From Zygophlyctis sp. KS116 (Eukaryota; Fungi; Chytridiomycota), in the NCBI GenBank assembly GCA_054661495.1, contig BAAFSQ010000127.1, positions 1 through 28,042 of the forward strand: a stretch of 28,042 nt of DNA. Reading direction: 5' to 3'. The translations under genes and the position numbers were made by a program. This document shows positions 1 to 10,673 of the stretch, in pieces. Below the pieces are notes generated by a model, which was not told the origin of the DNA, searched no databases, and saw only the letters and a program-made list of their open reading frames with translations. Position 1 is the stretch's first letter; each line of letters opens with the position of its first letter.

Positions 1-2020
1 CCGTACAAGTCTATAATTTTTTCTTTGATTCCTCGAGTTTCCCCAACGATCAAAAGATCAAGAATTGAATCAACATACTTCTCAAAAGCAACCCGAGGTT
101 GGTCTTGTCTGTCCACATCTAGCAAGATTGTTCCTTTAGAGCCACCTTCAGGGATATCCTAGTTTTAACAAGGAAACCCTACCTTATTCTTTCGTTGCTG
201 AGTAGCTGCAAGGCCATAATTTTCATCCATTAAACTTCGAAGATTGATTCCATAAGCTTCTCGATTTCTTGATCGAACAATACGGATACCTCCACGAGAA
301 ATATCTTCAAATCGCAAATGGAATCCTCTGAATTCACTTCCAACCACCAAGAACATTCCAAAAAGAGGGTTTGGATATTCAATAGGGGGCAGGAAAGAAG
401 GATCCAATCTAAAAGAAAGAGCCACTTTTGTTGGCTGATAAAAATTTGTTTTCAAAACATGTTTGTTGAATCTTACGTAAGATTCAAATATCTAAAATAA
501 GATTAAACAAATTTCACCATGAATTCATGACTATTTTGAACAGTTTTTTTGATTTTTTCAAGCAATTCCTGATCAGATAAAACTGGGACTGTCTGAAGTC
601 GTTGATACGATAATGAAGGACTATAGTTTTAATAATTAGGAAAATACCTTAATTCATTAGTTTCTGGATTGATATAGTGAACCATTGCAAAATTTATATG
701 GCATAGCTTGATCAAATCCGGGTATAATTTAATTATATCTAAAATATACTCACGAGTAAAGGTATCAGTCCGAAGTCTTTTCTTAATTTTCGATAGGACA
801 TCTTGATGTGAAGAATTATTCAAATCCAATAGGGAACTCAAATGCTTGTATTCATTCCCAAGACGATTTAAAAAATGTTGGGCAAAAATCCAACCAACCT
901 AGAATAAGAATCGAAAAATATACATAACCATAAACAGTTTCTTGAACTAATTTTTAGAGATAAAAAAACTTACCACTTAGTTTTCCAACTTGAAAAAAAG
1001 ATTGCAAGGGAGTGGTCGGAAGACAGTAAATAAGCGAAGCTTCTTTAATAATCTGATAGATAGAGACCTCTATCGGAGGGGCCTGACTTTTAGGTATTTG
1101 AGCCAAGTAAAAGTTGAAAATGGTCACACCATTGGCAAATTGTTCTTATTTTAGGTATTAAATTGGTTTACCAACATATTTTCGAGTAGTGTATAAATCA
1201 TAGTAATGATACAAGTCACTGATTGCAGAAAAAAAAGACTGAGTAGTTCTTTGTCTAATTCATCAGCCAAATTTAAATCTTACTTGTATCCAATAACAAG
1301 TCGTTTTTCTCTAGAATTAGGAACGTGAAACATTTCAATCACTGGCCCTGTTCTAACAAGAACCTGCTTCATCACATTTTTATAAATTTCTTTAGTATGA
1401 TCTGTAGCCTTTTCCCAAAAGTTTTTATCAGAAACAAGAGAAATGTCTAGAGCCTCTTCTGAAGACGGTTTCGGGTTTGGAAACACACATTTGGTGAGAA
1501 AGTAACATCTTAGTTTTGAAGCAACCGCACCTGTTCCAAAGGATCTAAAAGATTCTAGACGATACGGACCATTAGGACCATCCAGATATTTCTCATCTAT
1601 ACGCTTTTCATGATGCGGTCCAGTCAATTGACTCACACCTGGAGCAGATGTATGAATATAAACTGCACCTTCATCTGTCTCTCTTTCGAGATTAATTTCA
1701 AGAGAGTTTTGATTTTTTATAAAGGCAAATATTTTAGCAGCATAGAGCGACATTATATGCCCGGCAATAGTTTCAATAGTCTCCTGTTGAAAATACATAT
1801 CATCAATTCCCAAATTCCTAAAATTATTCGGACACAATTACCCATAAAACCAACTCACTTCATTTTGAACTAGTTCTGCAGGAATAAAACCTTTTTGTGA
1901 CACAAATTCACACACCTTTTGGTGCTGCTCAGTCTTTCCAGAAAATGTATTACTGCGATAACCGGCAGAATCAGGTTGGATTGGTACATATTCCTCACTC
2001 AGAGAGCCGTTTGACTGCAT
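1..2020 (-). CDS. GDH2: NAD-specific glutamate dehydrogenase (large fungal type); 5' part only, continues off the left edge
   Basis: Splicing 8 GT-AG introns (1818-1841, 1255-1283, 1145-1171, 947-973, 899-923, 621-647, 492-517, 159-182) gives one frame. It contains WFYGNLGIDDMYF, KTNFYQPTKVALSFRL, FRGFHLRFEDISRGGIRIV and QQRKNK|DIPEGGSKG, typical of fungal Gdh2. Confidence 0.95.
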
Positions 2021-2090
2021 TTAAACGCGAACCTCACGTGGCCCTTGATCACCTGCGTAAACTCCAACTGGAAATGCATAGTCTTCTTTA

Positions 2091-3019
2091 TTAAAAGAAT
2101 GCAAGAGCTTCTTTAGCTCTTTTGCGAGTCAATAATGGCGATCTTAATGCATCTTTAGATGGTGAAACATAAGGCAAAATATTCCACTTATACTTTATAA
2201 TTGTTGAGCCATGCCCCTTGATCTTTTCCATTCTTTCATACAAGGTCAATGTACCCATACAATATAGTCCTATAGAAATGAATACATGCCACCATGCATG
2301 TAATTGAGGATTAAATGGTAAGAAGCTTGTTTCATAATGAGGGTTTATGTATTCACAAAGAAACATATCAGAGAGCCAACAAACAAATGAAGAGATATAG
2401 AAAAATGCACCTCTTTCAAAGAGTAGTAAACTAGGATCAATCTTGTTTTTTCTTAATCTTTGAGCAGAGCGTCTATCAGAGTATAGTCTGAATGCCTGAT
2501 ACAAGGCAAAAATATGAGCAGTATTAAAACTGAGATGGAATAATGCAAATTGTAAAGGTCCATGTGCGACAGTTACCAAAACTGTTAGAAAGGCGCAATA
2601 CAGAATTAATGTTGTGGCTAAAACCAGCCTTTTAAATCCTGATAGAGGATATCGTTGACATAATCCGATAAAGGTATAAGTCATTACACAATATAACATG
2701 GGTACTTCGTCTAATGCCTGACTAAGACGATGTAGAGTGCCATGAAATGCAACAGATCCGATACCCACTTAGAATTATTATTAAAAGGATTACAGATTAT
2801 AGTAGTTAGGAAAGCCAATTTAAATCTCTTCTCTGACCATGGATGCATTATCAATCCCAAGACTCCTGTCAGGACTAGACTAAAGCTACTAAGTGTATTG
2901 TTGAATTCGGCCATGTATTCAGTCATCTCATAGTTTGATTCACACCAATCAACACTGGAAGTGCTAGGCCCCCAGAATCCAGCTATTTCAGATATATTTC
3001 TTTTAAGTTCAAATTTCAT
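2091..3019 (-). CDS. Alkaline ceramidase (ACER/Ypc1-Ydc1 family, CREST superfamily)
   Basis: Motifs FWGPSTSSVDWCESNY, EFNNTLSS, GIGSVAFHGTL, LDEVPMLY and LHAWWH, with multiple hydrophobic segments. One 26-nt intron (2768-2793) joins the two ORFs. Confidence 0.92.
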
Positions 3020-3104
3020 TCTAGTAAATAAATATCGTAAAAATCATGTGTGTGTGGCACACGGTCATTCAAAGGCGTCGCTTAACTCCCACACTTTATA
3101 CATG

Positions 3105-5007
3105 TCATAATACGATAGGATCTTGATTTCGTTCATCCATTTGTGCCTTTAACTTTGTCCAGAGATCGGCTATATGCAATTCTTGCTCAAATAGTCTCCT
3201 TTTAGCCTTCATTAACTGTTCGGATAAATTATCGTCCAACCTAACGTAAATATTTTCTGGAAATACCTGACTTCATTCTGAAGACGATTTTTGATTATAA
3301 TTGATAATATGAGAGCAACTATTATCCCCAATGCAATCCAAAATCTATAATCTTTTCCGAGGTTATTTTCAGGAATTAGAGAAACCTGCCTATTTTCTTC
3401 ATTGGATGTTTTTCTTTCGGGGATTTGAGAGCCGTGAGTTGGCTCTCGTTCTGTATCTGTATTGAATTTCTCTTTTATATAACTAAGAAAGCATGAGTGG
3501 AATAGAATAAGCCAATCCAAAACAGCCGATTCAATATGTCCTAAAGAAATCATCATATTCAAAATAATACCTTTTGAATTATTGTTCTTTTTGAGAAAAT
3601 CGACCTGGGCTGATATAGTTAGCCTTGATTTGTTTAAAAGCTTCATCGCAGATGCATAATGTATTTTAATTAAAACGACATCTGTGTATGTCGAGTTCTG
3701 AAGTCGAATGGTTGATTCAAGCTTTACATAGGTATTGAATTTCTTCAGTACCTGCTTTTCCATGAATAATACAGTTGATGCCGCTATATATTTACATTTG
3801 GAAATAATATACATTGAGGCAACTTAATGTTTGGGGAGTAAATAAGATTTCTACTCCAGCTACTGCCATCTTGCTTCCAATTACCTACAAAAAGTCCTAT
3901 ATATTTGAATTAAAAAATATACCATTTGTACCACAAATCTTATGAATCTGACTCCAAGAACTCCATGAATCGCTAAATAACTGAGAGAAAACATTTAAAA
4001 AATCTACATTTAAACTTATTTCAAGTAATTCCCAGTTTAATGGAATGCCCGGGCCAAAAGAAGATCCATTGCTAAAACTTAGACTACCACGAGGACTATT
4101 TCCATGACGTTTATAACTGGCTTCAGGGAAGCTTAAACGTTCCGAAACGGCTTCATCAGACGTAATATTATTTGGCGTACCAATAATGCTATCAGGAATG
4201 TTAGAACTAGCAGCTGAATTAGCAAAACTATTCACATTCTCCATGATTGGGCTATAAGTTTGAGCTCTTTTTAATTCATCATTGGATTGTATATTATGAT
4301 TCAGCAAGAAAGAACCCCTAGAATTCAAAGGCGATTTAATTTCTTCAAAATTCGCATCTAAATTACATTCATTATCACTCTATACTGTGAATTCAATGAG
4401 CTTACAATTTTTTGATTTTCCCAAAATTCCATCATTAAATCAAATGCCAAATCTCTTTTAGTGAACGAAAGGAAAAAACTAGAAATTATTACTAAATAAC
4501 TTACTGAACTTCATCTTCAACCCAAATACTGATTGCATTAGGAATCATACCCATGGTATTCTTTTTTTCAACTTTTGTAACCTGATCATATGGTATTTCT
4601 AGTGTATAGTTACGATTAAAGACATTAGAGTAAAAGCATGCATATCGGGGAGTAAGATAAATCTTTCCTTGCATAATAATATCTTTTTCCAATGCGCAGG
4701 TAAAACTCTTAATGACAACTTCTCCAGTAAAATATAGACGAGGAAAATGACGCTGAAAAGACTTCTTTACAGCTTCAATTGCAGAAGAAACTCTTTCAGT
4801 ATTTATCTTTTGGACAGAGAGATCAATCTTTGACGGCTCTGTGGCACTGCGCTGATGATTTCTATCAGCCGGAACCTCAATATTCAAAGATGATGATGAA
4901 GCACTCTTGCTCTCAAGCCCCTTCCTCCTAAAAGACCATTTGCGGCCCACAGTTGACTCCTCAGTCTCTTCTTGACTCTTTGAAACTTTCTTGCGTCTGC
5001 GAAACAT
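3105..5007 (-). CDS. GRAM-domain / VASt(StARkin)-like membrane-anchored lipid transfer protein (LAM/GRAMD1-like)
   Basis: GRAM motif FTCALEKDIIMQGKIYLTPRYACFYSN...KKNTMGMIPNAI, then a VASt-like region, a TM helix (FWIALGIIVALILSIII) and a helical tail. Introns: 4479-4504, 4380-4405, 3897-3922, 3784-3812, 3241-3266, plus a candidate at 3541-3570. GRAM call is firm; VASt is by resemblance only. Confidence 0.78.
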
Positions 5008-5040
5008 TCAGTCTGGTAAAGGTCAAAAATATCAGAATCT

Positions 5041-7888
5041 TTATTTTCCAACATTTTCATCTTCTTCCATCCAATCAGGATTCTTCTTCAAAAGAACAAT
5101 ACCTTCCAAGACCGGTGTCAAAGATGTATACTCTTCAGTCGCTAATTCTGCTCTTTCAGTATACCCCAATAACACTGGCGTCGAATGTGTTTGAAATCCG
5201 GTAATGGTTTTTGGACGGCCTGCTTGTCCAACAACGTCTACTGCTTGTCCAACTCTCACACTGGTAGATAAAGGAGTTAAATTCTCGTCCAAAGTTAGCA
5301 AAAAGCGTGGGTACATTGCAGTTACAAGGTAATACAGAAGATAATGACTCTTTCCAAAGATAACTTGAGTTTAATTAAATTAGATCTTACAGGTTTTTGA
5401 ATCAGTAAAGGCAGTTAAAACGACAAATAAACCTGATAATGAGACGGGTGATAGTAATGAACGATTTGAAACGAATGGATTAATTGTCAAAGTCCCTTTA
5501 CCCATATGAAGTAATCCCTATAATCAGCTAAATATAATATACTTGAGCGATTCGAACCATAAACAATGTATTGGGTTCTCTATGATAATAAGCAGCCAGT
5601 TGTCGAAGCATTTGGGCAAGTCGAGCATTGTTTGTTCCAGCACCAACAAGGCCCATTGATAGAATCGCATTCACTGCTACTTCAGAATCATGATCATGAG
5701 AATATTTTGAGAGGATATCCAGAATGTTTACAACAGGATTAGAAGCACATAATAGACCTAATGCTAAAGGAACAGAACGGCGAATGACAGGCTCTCCATA
5801 ATGCATCTAGAATTAAAAAATTAGTCTGCATACCAAGTGATTAAAGGTGCGCATGGCCATTTCTGTGCCAATATCTTCTCCCATTGCAATCATTGCAACA
5901 CCAATAACTGCAAAAGATTGAAATTTATCATCTTCCTTCTCATGATCTATGTGATCATTACAATAAGCCAACATTTTTTGGATCTGAAGAACATTTCCAG
6001 TACCTTAAAATAAATCGGAAAAATATATACCAGCATAAGCGCTCATTTCAACCATGACTTGCATTGTCTTGGAGATTGGATGTTCTATTACCTTTAAGGT
6101 TTCTAAAGTTGCATCTGCAGCTTCTTGACGACCTATGATTAGAAATAATCCCTAGAAATACCAATGAAAAGAAGGGCCAGACCTGTTCCCATGAGTCTAC
6201 TGTAGGTATCCTTGAGTGAAGTTTCATCTCTTTCCATCAATGTCTGTAAAATAGTTGATGCAACATCTCCATTGCATGTTCCTACAAAGACAAGACCCAA
6301 AGAGAGCGCAGCTAGTGAAGATAATTCCATGGTTACAGTTGTATCTGAGACAATAGGTAAAAGTAGCTCCAAAACTTCTTCACGGCGAGTCCCAGCATAA
6401 GCAATACCCAAACTAAAAAACATCAATCCAAATATAAATACCCTGCAATAGCTGCAATTCTCAAACATACTTTTGCATCATTGACGTGTTCAGAAAGTAG
6501 TGCAAGAGCTGGATCAGATTCATTTCTGACTCCTGAAGTAACAATCCCAATAGATAGTAAAGCCCCCGCCTTAAAATAAAAACGCAAAATGTTACCTTTA
6601 TATAATCTTCCTGTGAATAGAGATATTTGTCGATTTGACTCAATCCAGAGTCTACATCCCAAAGTAAAATCATTCCTAGAGAAGCCGAAGCACTCATCAT
6701 GCCATGCTCCTTATTTTTATAGATCCAATTCCCATCCTCTGAAGCAGTCAAAAGTTTATCTGCTCCAAATCCAGCATTTACAAAAGCATTAACAAAAGTA
6801 GAAGCCAAATTCTGTTTTGCAGAATCTACATTTGTAGAAGAAAACCCAGGGCGGGTATTTTCTAAATGACTTTTATAAATATCCTCTGGCGTCTTTGGCT
6901 CAGCGACATCTAAGTCTTTTGCCAAAGAATGGAAATAATCAGAGAGTTTAGAGTTACTTAAAATTTCTGCCAACTCCTCATCTTCAGTCTCAATAATCTG
7001 ATTCTGCCTTGCCAAAATAAAAGCCAATTGCTTCTTTACAGCCCTAAAATATCAAAAACTTGAAAAATTACGAATCTGGACAATTAGTAAAATCCGACTG
7101 AATCAATTCTTGATCATTTAATTTCAATGATACTTGCAATGCTTGAGGATATCTAGACATTTTACAGTAAATCGCATGTGCAGTCTTTAGAATAGAAATA
7201 TCATCTGGAGGAGTCACAAATGGAACACAACTTTTTTTAAATTTTTTTAAAAAATATATACCTTAGTATGTACAGACAAACTCTTTCAAAAGTGTTTTTA
7301 TCGACAAAATCTACCAATTTATCGACTTGTTCCAACTCCAACAATAAATCACACGCATCAGCTTCAGCATTATGTTTTAAAAAGAATGGAATAATTTCTA
7401 GAGCCACTTTCACTACTACATCTACCGACTCATTAGCCTCCAAGAGTGAATTATATTCAGCCATTAATTCCATTGACAAGTGCCTAAAAATGAGAATAAA
7501 TTATTTACCGAACGTATTCATGCCCCCAAGACTCTGCCGACTCTAGAGTTCCCAAGAGTCTAAATCGAAGAGAATCCCTCTTTTCTGAATCACCATAAGA
7601 CATTGAGAGAACAGATAGAATATCCGAAAGAAATTTCTTTTCTTTCCCATCTTTCCACTTTGCCCAAGTTTTCAAAAGTGGTTCATAGTGTCCCTTCAAG
7701 TACTTTAGCGGTTTGGGAACAGACGTCATTGAAGACGTTGAAGATTTAATCAAGGATTTTAATTGTTCAAGTGCAGGAATATAAAGACTAGAATTGTCTT
7801 CCTGTAAACGCAAACTCAGTAAATCTAATTCGGACACAAGACCAGCATCCTCTTCGGGAACAGTTTCAATTTCCTTTTCTTTTGTCAT
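5041..7888 (-). CDS. RPN1: 26S proteasome regulatory subunit Rpn1/PSMD2
   Basis: Motifs [59 protein letters not shown] and [24 protein letters not shown]. Ten introns: 7484-7508, 7231-7261, 7044-7071, 6570-6595, 6413-6441, 6133-6161, 6004-6030, 5807-5833, 5518-5542, 5364-5390. Confidence 0.97.
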
Positions 7889-7943
7889 GTTTTTTTTAAC
7901 GAAAACGCGTGTTTTTTGATTCTACAAGTGTCTTGTTAAAGGA

Positions 7944-8615
7944 TTAATCTTCCTCTTCAGACTCATCTTCCTCTTCAGGCTCCCAGAAATTATCTTCTTC
8001 TAGATTTGAATCTGGAGACTTTAGACTAAATGCAGAATTCCATTCTTCTTCTGATAATGGAATTTTTAGATCTGGTGGCACTTGTCCTTGAGAGAGTGCC
8101 ACCTGGTCTTTTACAATTATTACAAATGATTCATAGTCATTTCTATACATGACACCTGCATCAATATTTGCTGGTGATGATGTGTTTGGATCAGCTAAAA
8201 GAGAAATTACAGAGAGTAAAATAGATTCTACTGTTTGTGTTGGATTCCATCTTTCTGAAGCAGTCTCACCAGAGAGTGGATCATCTCCAGGAGGATGTAA
8301 AATTGAAATGCATAATTTACCGTCTGGATATATATTCGGACTAGAATTAAAAATTAAGTAAAATTACTGAAATATCGGATTTACAAATGTAAATGAAGGT
8401 GGAGAGAATGGAAAATCTAGAGGAAAGGATAATATAGCTTTGAAATATCCTCCAGAGTAAATCGTTCCTGGAGGTCCAACGATTCCAATTTCCCATTTAA
8501 ATATATCATCATTTTCTAAAGATACTCTAGTTCCTGGAATAGGATGAGAGACCAAGTCTATTGTTAAATTACTCAATATACTCTTTAATTGCTTTTGTAA
8601 TGCATATAGTGCCAT
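7944..8615 (-). CDS. CDC34: Ubiquitin-conjugating enzyme E2, Cdc34/UBE2R-like
   Basis: After intron 8341-8367 the frame reads [35 protein letters not shown] (HPN motif, catalytic Cys, acidic loop insertion of the Cdc34/Ubc7 class). An acidic C-terminal tail favours Cdc34 over Ubc7. Candidate in-frame intron at 8558-8581. Confidence 0.82.
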
Positions 8616-8651
8616 TTAATCTATGCGATTAATTCCGATAAAAAGGTTTTT

Positions 8652-10431
8652 TTAAATTCTAAATAATTCCATGACAGGCTTGTTAGGAGATTTTATCAAG
8701 ACAAAATCACCATCAGATTGAGTCAAAAGGAAATCAATCAGTGTCTTTACTATTCCCCATCCAGAATAAATGTTTAAGTTTAGTTGAGATGCTAAATCAT
8801 CAGGTTTCATGGTTTGAATTGCTAAAATTCCATGACGACGACGATCTTTGGGATTCTTTCGGCTTAAAAATCCTAATTTTATCTGATCAGCACCAGCTAA
8901 TATAGCTTCAGTCGCTTGTACAGTCAATCTAAAGCCATTATTCTTATATTCAGTGGCAAGAACTGCACCACGAGTAGAGTCTAGTTTTTGACGCCAATCA
9001 GGAGTATTACTCACCCTACAGTCATACTCTAATAGTGTAGATAAACTAACAAATTGAGTGTCTTTTTGAGGGTATGTTGATTTAAACTTTTCAGAAATTC
9101 CAATAGATGACACAGATCCAGGGCAATGCAGCGCAGCATCAATATGAGTACGAACAAACATGGAAATATCATTGCCCAAATTCCATCTTCTATATCTGTA
9201 AAGCATTGGAGCAGGGCATGTCCATGGAATCGCATCTTTAAATTCAACGTTTTCAGTCTAATTCTTTAATTTAAATAAAATTACAGGACTAACAACTTGA
9301 TTCTTAAAGACTCTGTCAACAAATGTGGCTTCCATTGCTAAAGCAACAGAAGAGTTCATGGATTCCTTATCATCAGTTGGAGGTTCAGTAGCATTTTCAT
9401 TTACAGATAATAAATCTTCAAAATTAGAGATTTAGACTTACCCAAAGGACAATTTTCTCTTTTATCAAAAACCAACTTGTTTCCCTTTTTTGAAATTTTT
9501 ACATCCCAAGAATAAAGAGAGCGGGTTGACGCCATGAGAACGGCTAATATCGTATCAGTAATAATAACAGTATTTTTAGATGATTCAGATTCCAACTAAG
9601 ATAAATATTTTAACAATTACCTTTTTTAGAATTGGATCTTGACTTGATGTTTGATTTGGAATCGATGTTCCTGATCCAATACAATTGATCTCTGTCTTTA
9701 CAGATAATTTATCAAAAGAATTATCAATATAACCCAAACTTCCATAAAATCCACTATTTAATTAGAAAGAGAATTTTTAAGATTTCGAATGATCAGGCAG
9801 TGTGAATAAAACGCTTCATTATTTTAAATTCAGTTTTAGATTGTCATCACTTCATTCTTTAAAAAAAAACTTACACATCAACAGGATCATCAACTTCAAA
9901 ATAAAGACTACTTAAGCGAACAAAGTCTAATTCCTCTATTTGCTCCCATTCTGGCTCTATTTTAACAGAAGGATCTCTGACCCTAAAGTTCTTCTCTGGC
10001 TGTCCCCCTCTAGAAGTCTTTTTAGACTGTGAAAAGGTATAATCTCTTTTAAAAGACTTTGATCCCCATGAAGCCACAGGCGCAGCTCCTTTAGCGGTCC
10101 CCTTTGATTTTGTTTTTGCAACCGGTCCCCTATCAACAATTGAGAAATCCGCTTCTTCAGTCGCCGAGATCTGATAAGAAAACGCACTAGTAAATTCAGT
10201 CCCAAAAGCTTCAATTTGAGCTCCCATCTTCTTTCGTCCCTTGTATTCATCAGTTTTTCTCGCAGACTCTAGAGACTCTTCAGTTGGAGAGACCCAGTCC
10301 GCAATCTTTCCGATCCGATCAGTCTTTGAGAAGGGAGTGTAGGGAATATGATGATTTAGTTTAAGAGCATTCTTTGGTCCCCATCCTTGATCCCATGGAG
10401 GAAATTTTAATTCTTGCATCGATTCTTTCAT
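8652..10431 (-). CDS. EIF3D: Translation initiation factor eIF3 subunit d
   Basis: Motifs GWGP, PYTPFSKTDRIGKIADW, LSVNENA, YRYRRW and DWRQKLDSTRGAVLATEYKNN. Introns: 9754-9874 (121 nt), 9596-9620, 9416-9441, 9258-9284. Confidence 0.93.
9787..9857 (-). ncRNA. Intronic box C/D snoRNA, probable guide for an LSU rRNA 2'-O-methyl-U (snR51/SNORD41-like)
   Basis: The minus strand reads GAATGA-A-GTGATGA (C box, 9850-9844)...TATTCACACTG-C-CTGA (D box, 9796-9793)-TCATTC. It has a perfect 6-bp terminal stem, an internal CTGA (candidate D'), and an 11-nt guide complementary to CAGUGUGAAUA, which I recall from fungal 25S rRNA. Confidence 0.85.
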
Positions 10432-10505
10432 TGAAAAAGAAAAATGTCTAGGTTTTAAGCCGCACTGAACATTCGCCCTACTTGATGTCCGATTGTCTAG
10501 TATTA

Positions 10506-10601
10506 CAAGTGTTTTAGTTTTATGGATCAGTTTATAGATTATAATCCATGATCAATTAGAATTTTTAAAGTGATCAATATTAGAATCTTGTAAAACACTT
10601 G
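10506..10601. repeat. 11-bp perfect inverted repeat in the eIF3d / PCM1-like divergent spacer
   Basis: CAAGTGTTTTA (10506-10516) and TAAAACACTTG (10591-10601). The repeat is directly visible; its function is unknown. Confidence 0.5.
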
Positions 10602-10673
10602 AATCAGTCAGTCTGTCCGAGCGGAGTCTTTATAGCGGGACAAAGAAATTAAAATCTAAAATCTAAAATTAAA

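Noticed and set aside
9812-9843. Second (D') guide of the snoRNA targeting 18S rRNA
   Set aside because: AACTGAATTTAAAATAATGAAGC only loosely resembles an 18S antisense sequence and is better explained as D'/C' boxes. I found no contiguous complement.
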